Assembly (NCBI GenBank): GCA_951406725.2
Contig: OX597817.1
Location: 116,126,001 to 116,190,000 of the forward strand
Reading direction: 5' to 3'
DNA: 64,000 nt
Source: Octopus vulgaris
Taxonomy: Eukaryota
Made by a program: the position numbers and the translations under genes
Shown: one piece after another, positions 39,472-51,384 of the stretch
Numbering within the stretch: the stretch's first letter is position 1
Layout of the letters: every line of letters starts with the position of its first letter
The notes under the pieces: model-generated
The model's input: the letters and a program-made list of their open reading frames with translations, nothing else
Databases searched by the model: none
What the model was told of the DNA's origin: nothing

Positions 39472-39472
39472 A

Positions 39473-39541
<69 letters not shown>

Positions 39542-39545
<4 letters not shown>

Positions 39546-40068
39546 GTTGTCTGGAAAATTCGTGTCGATTTTTAAAGGAAAGAAAAAGGTCAATATATAC
39601 TTGCCATTACATTTCTTTGAACAATGCATCTCCATCTTTCCTTTAACTTGAAAATACCCACTTCCCAGAATTGAGGTGGTTTCATGGCAACGAATTCTTC
39701 AATGTATCTTTTTACATTCAAGGAATTGAAATTTTTGCCATTAAGACTATTCTGTAGAGACCTGAATAAGTGGGAATCCGAAGGAGCTATATCTGGTGAA
39801 TATAGAGGGTGGGGAAACACATCCCAGCCGCGCCGCAGCGATTTTTGTCTGGTTCCCAAAGAATCACGTGCCAAAAGGGAACTTTCTTATCTTGCAGTTT
39901 AAAGGATTGCAGAATTAACACAGGTTATAGAAACATAAAATTTCTTCCATGAAAAGATAGCTTTTCATGGAGGTGTAGTCAAATCCTATTTTATGGACTC
40001 AGCCATGTTCTAAAATAAGTCGAAATTTAAGCTACTATAAATCGTCATGAACTTTCCGGACAACACAA
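39542..40068 (-). mobile_element. Internally deleted mariner with both TIRs
   Basis: TA|ttgggttgtctggaaaattc ... gaactttccggacaacacaa|TA. The ORF remnant reads GWDVFPHPLYSPDIAPSDSHLFRSLQNSL. Confidence 0.93.
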
Positions 40069-40122
40069 TATCTATATCTATATCTATATCTATATATATG
40101 TATATATATATATGTATATATA

Positions 40123-40167
<45 letters not shown>

Positions 40168-40238
40168 GTGCACATACACACACACACATATATATATATA
40201 TACATATACATAGATACATACATACATACATACATACA

Positions 40239-40304
<66 letters not shown>

Positions 40305-40624
40305 CTCAGGTATAAAAGCAATGAGAATAACTACTAAACTAACCAGACGGACAAGGTATAAACAGTTCTAGAATGCATTGTTAATTATAAGATATATGTG
40401 TATATATGTAGACGCATTAGAGTCTTTATTCAGCTGCTGACTGAACGGTGAATTTTTAGATGCTGGTTATTAATGAGTGGTGACATAGCAAAGTATCTTT
40501 GCACCGAAATAAAAGACGAACAAGTATTCGTTCTAGGTCTTGAAATCTATTTTAAAACATACATACCATCCCTATCGCTCTCACTCTGTCTCTCATTCAT
40601 TTTCTCCTTCCTCTTTTTTCTGCA

Positions 40625-40792
<168 letters not shown>

Positions 40793-41080
40793 CAAAATAA
40801 GCAACAAGAATGACTCCGGTAATTTGGCACAATTGTTTCGCACTACATCATTTTATTAAAAGTTGTAAGTATTACAGCAGATTTAAAATGCTGAGTGTTC
40901 ATCAGCCAATTACATAGGTTTTCCATTAATACAAAGGCTTTCAAATCAAGTAGTAACATTATAGAGAAGGTAGATATACAGATAAAAATGTAGATATAAA
41001 TTTTAAGAACATATGAGGTTGTGAAGTCCAATCACTGACTGACCAAGCTATGGCTGTATCTAACTGCTATAAGATTAGAA

Positions 41081-41124
<44 letters not shown>

Positions 41125-41130
<6 letters not shown>

Positions 41131-41930
41131 ATGGAGTTGAACGACGATTTAACAAAATTCCTTTATTCTCGACATATGTTTCGAAGGCTGCATATTCCTA
41201 ATTTCGAAGGAATAAGGGGTGCATTATGCTGCCTTCTCATCAGGAGAAACAAGGAACTTATGTCAGCATCAAGATGAACAAAAACACTTTGATTACTGCC
41301 CACTCGGAGTCCATAGCGATAATGAGTGTTTATTTAAAATATTCCGTTATAAGCAGTGCCGTCAAAAAATGGTTGAGTGTAGAAGATTCTAGAAAGTTAA
41401 TGAGTTCAAACCAGGTTGGTAGGGGAGAGACCTAAGAATAGGAAGGTGACAGGGTGCAAGTCATATGAATGGTGATGTGCTCTTGTTGAGTGCCTATGTG
41501 TGTGTATGTATATAACTGCATTTGTGTCTATGTGTGTGTATGTGTGTGCGTGATTGTGTGGGTGGTTGGGTAGATGTCAAAAACAACTGGTGGTGAAGTG
41601 ACAGGTTTGTGTCTGTGTGTTTGAATGTGCTTACGATAGAGAGAAGGAGAGAGAGAGAGAGGAGTGCGAGGTAGAGAGACAAAGGCAAAACATACCCCTA
41701 CGAATTGGTAGTAGTCCTTTATAAGTATAAAAATTTGGCTATTGTGGTGTTGTATAAATGGAAGCAAATTATTAAATTCAAGGAGGTTATCTATATTAAT
41801 CATCATTCATATCAGTGAAAGGTGTGTTTCTGCCAGTGCATGCACCTATAGGATTTTTCAACGATTGTATTCACTAAAGGGAATTTGGCGAACAATATAA
41901 GGAAAAATTCGGAATTACATACGCCACAAT
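41125..41930 (-). mobile_element. Penelope-like element 3' end (endonuclease C-terminus, 3' UTR, pseudo-LTR with HHR)
   Basis: Minus strand from ~41928 reads CGVCNSEFFLILFAKFPLVNTIVEKSYRCMHWQKHTFH* (CxxCxxE...LxN...CxH, typical of PLE C-termini). A same-strand HHR lies downstream at 41166-41248. Both ends abut TA arrays. Confidence 0.82.
41166..41248 (-). ncRNA. Type I hammerhead ribozyme, apparently intact
   Basis: Minus strand: ttctc CTGATGA gaaggcagcata...tatgcagccttc GAAAC atat GTC gagaa. Stem I is ttctc/gagaa, stem II is gaaggc/gccttc (extended), stem III is the palindrome ACATATGT, and the cleavage triplet is GUC. Confidence 0.88.
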
Positions 41931-41946
41931 ATATATATATATATAT

Positions 41947-42525
41947 ATTATATAAAAGGGCTTAGTAAAATAAATTACTTTGCCGCATACTGAACTCATT
42001 AGAAATAGCAGCTAAAAAAACTTTTTTAAAACTATTTCCAATACTTAAAGAAAATCTCTCTCATATAGTGTTTGCTCAATTCAACTCACGAAAGTATGGG
42101 GGTAGAGACATTAAGCTTCAGAAGCGATGGGAAGCCGAAAGGGTATGCTCCCACTTTCAGTGTTTTCAAATCCAAACCAGGGAGTTCTGAGCTGATGATA
42201 GAAGTGTCGAGTTTGACTAATCTTGAAACGTACGTTCTCAAATAACCTTTGCATTTGATTTTTTAATGTCTCTACCCCCATACTTTCGTGAGTTGAATTG
42301 AGCAAACACTATATGAGAGAGATTTTCTTTAAGTATTGGAAATAGTTTTAAAAAAGTTTTTTTAGCTGCTATTTCTAATGAGTTCAGTATGCGGCAAAGT
42401 AATTTATTTTACTAAGCCCTTTTATATAATGTAATAATTTGAATTCGCCTTAAATGGTCCCTTTGCATACTGAATACTTGGTGAAATTGATTAATTAATT
42501 AATTTTACCCTCAATTGTTGAAAAT
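41947..42525 (+). mobile_element. PLE-type insertion: 168-bp inverted arms, HHR in the spacer, one-sided tail
   Basis: 41947-42114 is the reverse complement of 42263-42430 (no mismatch seen). The spacer holds an HHR-like core. About 95 bp of tail follows the right arm. TA arrays lie on both sides. Confidence 0.78.
42188..42240 (+). ncRNA. Hammerhead ribozyme motif (type I, imperfect stem II)
   Basis: tgag CTGATGA tagaagtgtcgagtttgactaatctt GAAAC gtac GTT ctca. Stem I is tgag/ctca and stem III is the palindrome ACGTACGT. Confidence 0.68.
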
Positions 42526-42616
42526 ATATATATATATATATATAGTTATCTGTGTTTCTATATATGTATATATGTATGCGTGTGTATATATGTATGATGT
42601 GCATTTTACAGTTCGC

Positions 42617-42820
42617 TATTTAAGAGATGAGGAATTATGTACATTATTTACCTTATTTACATTTGACGGATATTTGTCCTCATCTTGTTTGTTGTTAACA
42701 CACCATGTTTCAACTGATATACACTCCAGCGTTCATCAGATGTCTTGGGGTTATTTCGAACCTGGGTTCTCGTTCCTAAGGTAGTTTTCGATGTTGTTGT
42801 TGTTTTTGTTGTTGTTGCTA

Positions 42821-42872
<52 letters not shown>

Positions 42873-43051
42873 CATCATTATTTAGGTCACTACCTGGAAT
42901 CGAACTCGGAATCTTGAGGTTAGTAGCCCGCGCTGTTAACCACTACGCCATATGCCCGCCTGAGGAAGGCTGGAGGGTATATCAGCCGAAATATTGTGTT
43001 AACAACAAATAAGATGAGGACAAATAGCCGTCAAATGTAAACAATGTAAAT
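42617..43051 (-). mobile_element. tRNA-headed SINE-like element with HHR/PLE-type 3' end and inverted 5' copy of that end
   Basis: tRNA-like head at 42957-42885 (-), then an (AAT)n/(AAC)n spacer, CTGATGA...GAAAC at 42739-42707, and a tail to 42617. 42959-43051 (+) is an inverted copy of ~42646-42740. Confidence 0.75.
42885..42957 (-). pseudogene. 73-nt tRNA-like SINE head (not a functional tRNA)
   Basis: GGGCATATGGCGTAGTGGTTAACAGCGCGGGCTACTAACCTCAAGATTCCGAGTTCGATTCCAGGTAGTGACC has A box TGGCGTAGTGG and B box GTTCGATTCC. The acceptor, anticodon and T stems are only partly paired. Confidence 0.8.
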
Positions 43052-43249
43052 ATGTGCAATTTTATCGGATTTTGTATGTATTTATGTATGTACAGTCCGA
43101 CTGTCGTACACAACTATATTGCAATAGTTAATTGCTTTGAACCATAGTGTGACCCACCAGCAAGCGAGAGAATTCATTTCACTGCCATTACAAGAGAAAT
43201 TGTTGTTATTTCACTCCAATGTTTCTGTGAAGACGAAAAATATCAGTTC

Positions 43250-43580
43250 AAGTTTAGTATAACATCAGGCTCACAATCAATAGGTAATGAGTTCGATTCC
43301 CGGACCGAGTTGTCTGTTGTGATCTTGAACAAGACACTCTCTTTCAAGTTGCTCCAGTTCACTTAGTTGAAGAAATAAGTTGCGACGTCATTGATGCCAA
43401 GATATATCGGGCTTTGCTTTTGCGTTGGATAACATTAGTGGCCTGGTGAGGAGAGGTTGGTATGCATAGGCAGTTGCTGATCTTCTATAAACTACCTTAC
43501 CTGGACTTGGGTCTCAGAGGATAACATTCTAGGTACAATCCCATGGTCATTCCTGACCAAACGGGGCCTTTACCCTTTTT
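43250..43580 (+). mobile_element. tRNA-derived SINE (family D, degenerate)
   Basis: ctcacaatc...gagttcgattcccggacc B box followed by ttgaacaagacactc...ttgctccagttcac. Similar remnants at ~20332-20500 (+) and ~25880-26012 (-). Confidence 0.65.
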
Positions 43581-44533
43581 ACTGCCATTATCAGTTTCCT
43601 AGGTAATTTACGAACCAAGAAAACGTAAGCATCAAGACAACATCACCAGGAGTTCATACACTCATGCACTCTTTGTAAAGCTGACAATTAAGACCTCAGT
43701 CTAATCGAACAGATTTATAGAGAAATACTACTTTCAACAGACAACTGTGTTCCGGAATTCAAGCATGTCCCTTATATCTCCACTCTATTTTCATTGCGAA
43801 ACATCTTAAATTTCATACAAGGGTAAGTAGTGGTACAGCTACAATAGTAAACATTCCATATGTATTCGAAGTAAGGGAGCCATGATCTTGTCAATTTGGG
43901 AACTACATCCAACAACTTGTCGTACACAAAGGTCTAATGAACCCTTATTTATAAAGAGTTATTTTTTCAATATCTGTCACCATATGCAATTGAATGTGAT
44001 AAGCATCTATATGACGAAAGTAATATTTACGTATTTCAATTGGATTTTTCAAAACGTAGGAAGCAAATCTCCAATAATCTAATGTCAGCTTCACAACAGA
44101 ATTCCTGATCTTTACATTCTAAGAAAAGAAGAAAAAGAAGAAAAACCGAGAGAAAAGAAAAAAAAAAATTGCTGCCTTGTAGATTTTCGGTCCTTTTTGG
44201 CCGATTTCCCAGTTGATTTCATATGATCATAAATCACTACAAGTCAACAGCAACACAAATTCAACTCTTAAAGTATTTTCACTGCGACAGCCATCGCAAC
44301 ATAATCAATCATCCCGAGAGCGAGTACATGTCCAATTACGTGACATCTCACAAATACAATCCGTAAAGTACGTGATGATGTATGTATGTATTTATATTTT
44401 TGAATGCATGCATACACCGTATACACATTCATGCACACTCGCACACACACACATATGCACATACATGCATAAACACGCAAGTGTCTATGCATGTATGCAT
44501 ATATATATATATATGCATGTATGTATGTATATA

Positions 44534-44577
<44 letters not shown>

Positions 44578-45198
44578 TGTCCGTGTGAGTGTGTTTGTTT
44601 CCAGATTGTATATAAGTAAATATATATATATGTATATACACATGCACACACACAAACACACACACACATATATGCACATATATGTTTATGTATGTAGTCA
44701 CGTACATACATTAAATTTCATCAAGCATTATCAACAGCATATAACTACAACCTCTTATGTAGTTGATTTCGTCTTCACATTTTATCTCATATGTTTTGTA
44801 TATTCCCATTATTTATGCCCTATGCTTCGGATAAGCTCGCAATATTTGTGTTATAAAGAAAATAAGTTAACATGCATTTCTTTCTGTGCTTATAATCACT
44901 GTTTGTAGATACATGCATGCTTGTATTCAAATGCTATTGCTGAAAATGTCCTCAACTGACATGGGATATTCTGCGGTTTGAATTTTCGAAAAATAAATGT
45001 TTTTAAATTTATAAAAAGTAACGTATTCTGTGGAAATGAGATTTGAATTATGAAGAAGGGAAAACAATAAATGTGTACAGATTCTGATTTATTTGTTCTC
45101 AGAAGGAATGATGATTAGCGAAAGTTGCGATGGGAATAGTGTTTATGGAATAGCATCAAACACATATATATTCATGCAAATACATACATGACTTTATA

Positions 45199-45725
45199 TA
45201 GGGTGTCCCAAAACTAACTATTTCAGTGAAAACAAACAACTCTTGTATTTTAAAAAAATTACTTTTATATATGTTTATCGTGTTTAATAACTGTTACTAG
45301 TATACAAAGTTTTAAATTTGTGTATAATTTTTAGAATTATTTTCATAAATTTTTTCATAATTTTATCTTCATTTCCGCTGGATTTCGTGTATCTGTACAC
45401 AACAATATATTGTTTCCCAATTTGCTAGTAATTCTTGTCTCTACCTCCATCCCCAGGATGGAGCACTTATTTAGCTGAACCTAAACAACGCATTCAGTTA
45501 GCAGTTCAGGAGATAACCCCTGAAATGCTTCAAAATGTGTTACGCAATGCTAAGATAGATCTGAAATTTGCAGGTATATAGACATACCATAAGTTGAATA
45601 TTTTCAATAAAGTTCTAAGCAAGGAGTTATAAATCTATTTGTTGTGGTATCATAATTAAGTAACAAACCTGGCAGTTCTTATTTCAATTCCTTTGAGAGA
45701 GGGACAGTTAATATAGAGCACCCTG
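45199..45725 (+). mobile_element. Internally deleted Tc1/mariner-superfamily element
   Basis: TA|tagggtg ... caccctg|TA termini. The remnant KQRIQLAVQEITPEMLQNVLRN resembles a Tc1-like transposase C-terminus. Confidence 0.68.
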
Positions 45726-45889
45726 TATATAAATATATACGTCTGAGTATGTGTATCTGTATATATATATATTCACGAACTTATGTACGTTCTGAGGTAA
45801 GTTTATGGACATTTTATATGTGTTTATTGTATGTAGACTTCGTGACCGTTAAGGCCACACTTCACCGTATATGCAGTCTTGAAATGTTC

Positions 45890-46085
45890 TCATGAATCTG
45901 AATGTGATCTTTATCATACATTGCATACTGTACGAATTCAAAAAGAGATCTACAGCAATGGGAGTGGCTAGAAATATTTGCAATGAAGATTTAGCAATGG
46001 CTAGGCCAGTTCTGTTCGTGAAATTTTTCTTCCGCAGATTTCCCACGATCAGGATAACGAGATTCTTTGAAACTTGAGATCCGGA
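45890..46085 (+). mobile_element. Mariner transposase N-terminal fragment
   Basis: IHCILYEFKKRSTAMGVARNIC resembles the Mos1-type HTH (RH.LLYEF..G..A..AARNI). Confidence 0.75.
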
Positions 46086-46614
46086 AAATGGTAGTTGAAA
46101 AAAATCGAAAGAAATTCAGTTCTTATCACTTTTGGGTATTAAAACACCTTCATGAACGAACAAAAGTGTCAAAACTTGGCCAGTAAGTCCCACATCACCT
46201 GGCAGAGTTTAAGCTTAACCAAAGTGTTGCTGAATCTCTTCTGCCTAGAACCATCACAAGTGACTTTAAAGTACGTTCTCTATATTCGTAACCAAAGAAA
46301 ACGACAATGTTAGCACCTAACGGAAACTATTATCTTTCTCCACATCAGGATTGCACCCACCATTAGTTTTGCTCAGTAGCTGCTGGGATACGATAGGACT
46401 CGTCTATTATGAAATGTTAAACCAAAATCAAAAGTTTTAATAATATTGGAGGCAATCAAAAGCATTTCACAAAGCTTTGAAGAAAAAGCGCCCATCATTG
46501 TCAAGTGTGAGAGATGATGCTCTTGAAAATTATACATTTGTGTGAGTGTGAGCGTGTATATCAGCGTGTGTGTGTGAGTGTGTGTCTGAGAGAGACAGTG
46601 TGTGTGTGTGTGTG

Positions 46615-47349
46615 CGATGCCTTCTTCGGTTGCGGTGATGATAGGCCCTTCCATTGTAACGACTGCAGTTTCATCTCAGGGTCGTACCCGTAAACCAAAA
46701 TCTCGTCATCTGTGATGATACTCGACATGAAGGATGAGTCAACAGCGGCACGCTGAAGGAAATATTGAGAGACTTCGACGCGATGTTCTTTCTGCTCAGT
46801 GGTTAACAGGTGGGGGACAAACTTGGCAGAGACACGCTGCATGTTAATTTAAGACGTTAGGCTTGCGTACACAAACCCATACGACAAACCAGCATCAGCG
46901 ATGTCATTGATTGTCCTCTGGCGATCCTCGGTTCAAACTAAAGAATTTCCTTCATATTTCCGGAGGCGACGCTGGTGGAAGGTAGTCTAGGGATGTTCTT
47001 CCGCATTTAAAACACGTGGGCCACTCGAAAAATTGTGTACGACACGTTGTCGCATCGTCGTAAGTTTGCTGAAGCATACCCATTGCATCTGTCGGAGATT
47101 TCCTAAGTTTATCTCAAGATTCCACACTGGCTCTTTTTCCCAACTTGCTGTCCACGTCAAATTTGCTGGTTACAACTTACACCTGATCAGAAAAACACAA
47201 ATTATACAACTTGCGAAGTAAACATAGCGATGTCACTCGGCACACTGCCTCATGAAGTAAACTGCCAGATCTTTCTGCGCACACAACGTGTATTGCAATC
47301 TGTTGGCCCGCTACAGAATAAATACAGGAAATTTTTGATACCACCTTGT
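46615..47349 (-). mobile_element. Mariner transposon 5' half (decayed)
   Basis: RVSAKFVPHLLTTEQKEHRV...SIITDDEILVYGYDPEMKLQSLQWKGLSSPQPKKA. A TIR-like end lies near 47325-47349. Truncated at a TG array. Confidence 0.92.
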
Positions 47350-47572
47350 TCATACCTTGTTTCCCAAATATATAATTTTAGATGTTTTCATGTGAGGACC
47401 ACGGAAATATTCTTGATGAAACTACACAAGTTTTCTATAATGAAATGCATTTTAAACAAATTCTTGTTTCACAAGAAACCATGAATTGTATAGTAATCGA
47501 CTGAGGTTTCTCTCTGTACTTTGTGTATTTTGGTGAAGTATACATACATACTTATATATATATATATATATC

Positions 47573-47619
<47 letters not shown>

Positions 47620-47873
47620 ATATATATATGTATATATATGGCAAATGAAAGAGGGAAGATGGAATATACGAGAATTTATTATTAATCACAATTGTTTCGA
47701 CAGCATCGTATAGCTCTTATGGTTATACACTCAACAACTCGTTCAGGAGCATCCGGTGGTGCAGATGTATCTCGTTGGGTGATAAATACATACAACTTGT
47801 TAAAATGATTATTCCGCAATGTAACTTTCCGTTTTGTAGAGAGAAAAGCAGTCAGACGGAGGAAATATATGTG

Positions 47874-47918
<45 letters not shown>

Positions 47919-48291
47919 GTATTGGCATATATCTAGGTGAGGATGAAGATGCATATACATATATACGCGCGTGTGTGTGTATATTTATACATATACACGC
48001 ATATGCGTGTATATGTATATGCGTGTGTGTGTGTGTATGTACATATATAAATATTCATATATCTGGCGAGTGTGTCTTTATGCCCGTACGAGTGTGCATA
48101 AATGAATATGCTTACGTTTGTGTATGAGTATATTTATGTGTATAAATATCTAATATAAATGTAGGTATACATCTATGTGAGGATGAAGTTGCGTAACCAA
48201 ATATACGTGTGTGTATTTATTTATACATATATATGCATATCCATATACATGTATATGCGTGTGTGTATATGAGCATGTACATGCGTGTATG

Positions 48292-48332
<41 letters not shown>

Positions 48333-48531
48333 CTGTAATAAATCTAATTTTAACGATATAAAGAATACTAATGATATTAATTCTAAATTTTAATCTAAGA
48401 ACGAACCACCATATAATAGAGATTTACAGGTCTTAGAAGATAATATTTGGAAGGTGGTGAAAAATATTATATTTCATAAATACCCAAACATACCTAATGA
48501 ATATTTAAAGGAATTTATGAGTTATACTCCC

Positions 48532-48580
<49 letters not shown>

Positions 48581-48857
48581 GCATACATGTCTGTGTGAAT
48601 GTGTACTCATGTAGATTTTACGAAAGCAGAAGGTTTTCTATCTATTGTGAGAATGTAGTTGCATGTAATTTTTATAATTTAAATTTTTTTAATATTTTAT
48701 ATCTTTTATATGTTTTTCGTGCCTATTTAAGTTACTTCCCTTTTACTCAACAGTTTTTTTCATAGCGTATATCGTCAAAAGAGCCGATGCTCTTAGCTCC
48801 GGTATTTGATACTCTGAATTCTAATATGACAACTTACTGATTGTTCTATAGTATACC

Positions 48858-48923
<66 letters not shown>

Positions 48924-48924
48924 G

Positions 48925-49125
48925 TAGTCTTGTTCACAATAGGGCTGGTCTCATCGCAGGTCAGCGGTCCAGTCCTATGTACGACACTGTGCGTGGAGCT
49001 GACCACGCCCACCTGTGCCCCTAATCCCTGCCGGTCTCGGGGCAGCGTTTCTGTACGCCACAAGGCTATTTCAAGCTTCTGGAAATCCTCCTTCATCAAG
49101 TTCAGCCACCTGGTGCTATTATTGT
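48925..49125 (-). mobile_element. RTE-clade LINE 3' end
   Basis: STRWLNLMKEDFQKLEIALWRTETLPRDRQG resembles the RTE C-terminus (RW.D.VK.DL......A.DR..WR). Confidence 0.7.
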
Positions 49126-49489
49126 ATATACTGGCCCTTTAATTTAAATTTCCTGTATGTTAGCTCAGCTTACGTCACTAAAAGGGCATAAATTGTCCAC
49201 GAATCTAATACGTATTATATTTAGACATCTACACATTCTTGCATATATATTTTTAAGTGCAGACCTTCCAAGAACTTTTCCATTCTTCCCGAGCGTTTAA
49301 CTAATGCACCAATATACGAGTTTGTTGTTCCTACACCTGTCCTCGTATTTTGTTTTCTGCAAATTTGAACAATGTGTGTGTGTGTTCGTGTGCGTGTGCG
49401 TGCGTCTGTGTGTGTGTGTGTGTTCGTGTGCGTGTGCGTGCGTCTGTGTGTGTGTGAGCGGGTGTTAGTTTGTGCGTGTAGGTATATTT

Positions 49490-49710
49490 ATGCCTGTCTT
49501 TCTCTGTATCCCCACCATCGCTTGACAACCAATGTTGGTGTGTTTACATCTCCGTAACTTAGCGGTTTAACAACATGATCCGATGGAATATGTATTAGAC
49601 TTAAAACATAAATCCCGGAGTCCATTTGTTCGACTAAACCCCTTAATATCTGTTCTCCAGAGTGGCCCCATTCAAATCACGGAAGCAAGTAAGAGAATAA
49701 AAGAATAAAT
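49490..49710 (+). mobile_element. SINE family B, 3' half
   Basis: ccccaccatcgcttgacaaccaatgttggtgtgtttac...cgtaacttagcggtt...gaagcaagtaagagaataaaagaat. Confidence 0.8.
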
Positions 49711-50139
49711 CTATAACTGTTCGATGAGATCCTACCGGGTGGATGGAAGCACTCCTTTCACCATTAATTAAAACCTCCCATTATCCATTATGAAAATAGT
49801 GAACTACAGTATATTTTGTATATTACAATTTATTGTTTGAATCAGTGTGTAAATGCTTATTGAAATCTAGAGTACAACGTACATCTGCTAGTTTCTTTTC
49901 CGTGAAGATTATGTACTAAAGTCTGCAAAATTCGTTGTAATCCTATACACTGTCAAAGCAAGTATTTGTACGTTTCGTTTAAAATACTTCGTGGCAGAGA
50001 AAAAAAATTAATGTCGCTTCAACGCTTAAGATCATTACAATTAATGAATTGTACTGTTGTTGAATTCGAGAAAACAATATATGAAGAAACAGAGAAACAT
50101 CTCTAAGTAAAGACTTATGCTAATACGGATTATATACAT

Positions 50140-50528
50140 AGGTGCAGAAGTGGTTGTGTGGTAAGAAGCTTGTTTCCCATCTACATACTCCCGGGTTCAG
50201 TCCCACTGTGTGGCCCCTTGGGCAATGGTTTTCTGCTATGATCTCGGACCAACCAAAACCTTGTGAGTGGATTTGGTAGACGGAAACCGAAAGAAGCCCG
50301 TCGTATATATAACGTATAATGTATATATATATATAATGTAAAATGTATGCATTTGTGTGTCTTAGCCTGTACCCCCACCATCGCTTGACAATAGATGTTT
50401 ACGTCTTCGTAAATTAGCGCTTCGGCAAAAGATACCGATAGAAGTCCTGGGGCTGATTTGTACGATTAAAGGTGGTGCTCCTAATGGGCACAGTGAAAGA
50501 ACTGTATCAAATAAAAGAATAAAAGAAT
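50140..50528 (+). mobile_element. SINE family B
   Basis: ggtgcagaagtggttgtgtggtaagaagcttg...ccgggttcagtcccactgtgtggccccttgggcaa...aaaagaataaaagaat. Confidence 0.88.
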
Positions 50529-51384
50529 ACATACATACATCCGTACGTAAATACATACATTTGTGTATGAATAAACACACAGATGCAACCACATATATAC
50601 ATACATACATACATAAAAATATTTGAATTAGATGTGTTAGATATATTACGTAATGTGCTGTTCGTAGCGTTACGTAATGATATAAGTATATAATAAAAAT
50701 ACGAAAACTTAGATAAGCTAGAATTTAAACAAAAATATAATAATGCTGTTAACAGCAAATCCACTAGATTCAATTAGCATGTGTGTATTAATATGAACAA
50801 TTTATAGCTTCCCAAATATGTACAATATACTGCAGTATATTCTTACGGAATATTATAAACCTGTATAATTAAATGCACGTACTTATTCGAAAACGATTAC
50901 TCCGGTTGCTACTAGGAATTTTCGCTTTCGTGTCACTGAAAACACATAATAAAAAATTCGTATTAACCATGGACGATGGATCAGCTCCGACAGATTATGT
51001 GTGTGTAAGTATGTATGAATATGTGTGGGCACACATGTTTATGACCGCCTATGTATAAGCATATGTGCATATCTTTATATATTCGTATGACAGTCTTCAT
51101 GTTTCACTTCACGTTGGGGTCTAAATGACAAATTAAACGTTTTGGCTGCAAAGAAAGAAAATTTATGATGAAACTTATTTTAGCTGACATCATCACAAAA
51201 CATAAATGTTCATCTCGCTGTCTAAGTTTGTTGATATTTTTCTGTAGATATTATGCGTTGTATCTTAAAAAAGTATTCTATTAAGATATTTTATATATAT
51301 ATATTCATTTACTTTTTACTTGTTTATATATTAAATATAATATGTTGGGTATGGAATACAACATACGTATATACATGTACACGC

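Noticed and set aside
42885-42957. Functional tRNA gene (ACT anticodon)
   Set aside because: Acceptor, anticodon and T stems have mismatches, and it is embedded in a repeat, so it is treated as a SINE head.
44100-44375. Possible promoter or first exon (CCAAT, TTACGTGACA)
   Set aside because: Short motifs are expected by chance, and there is no linked gene evidence.
44213-44908. Longest ORF (231 aa)
   Set aside because: Largely TA/CA microsatellite translation with a TTG start and no recognisable domain.
47645-47865. PLE-like end with GAAACAATTGT on the minus strand as a hammerhead
   Set aside because: No matching CUGANGA or stem II partner found. It may be a PLE relic, but the ribozyme is unsupported.
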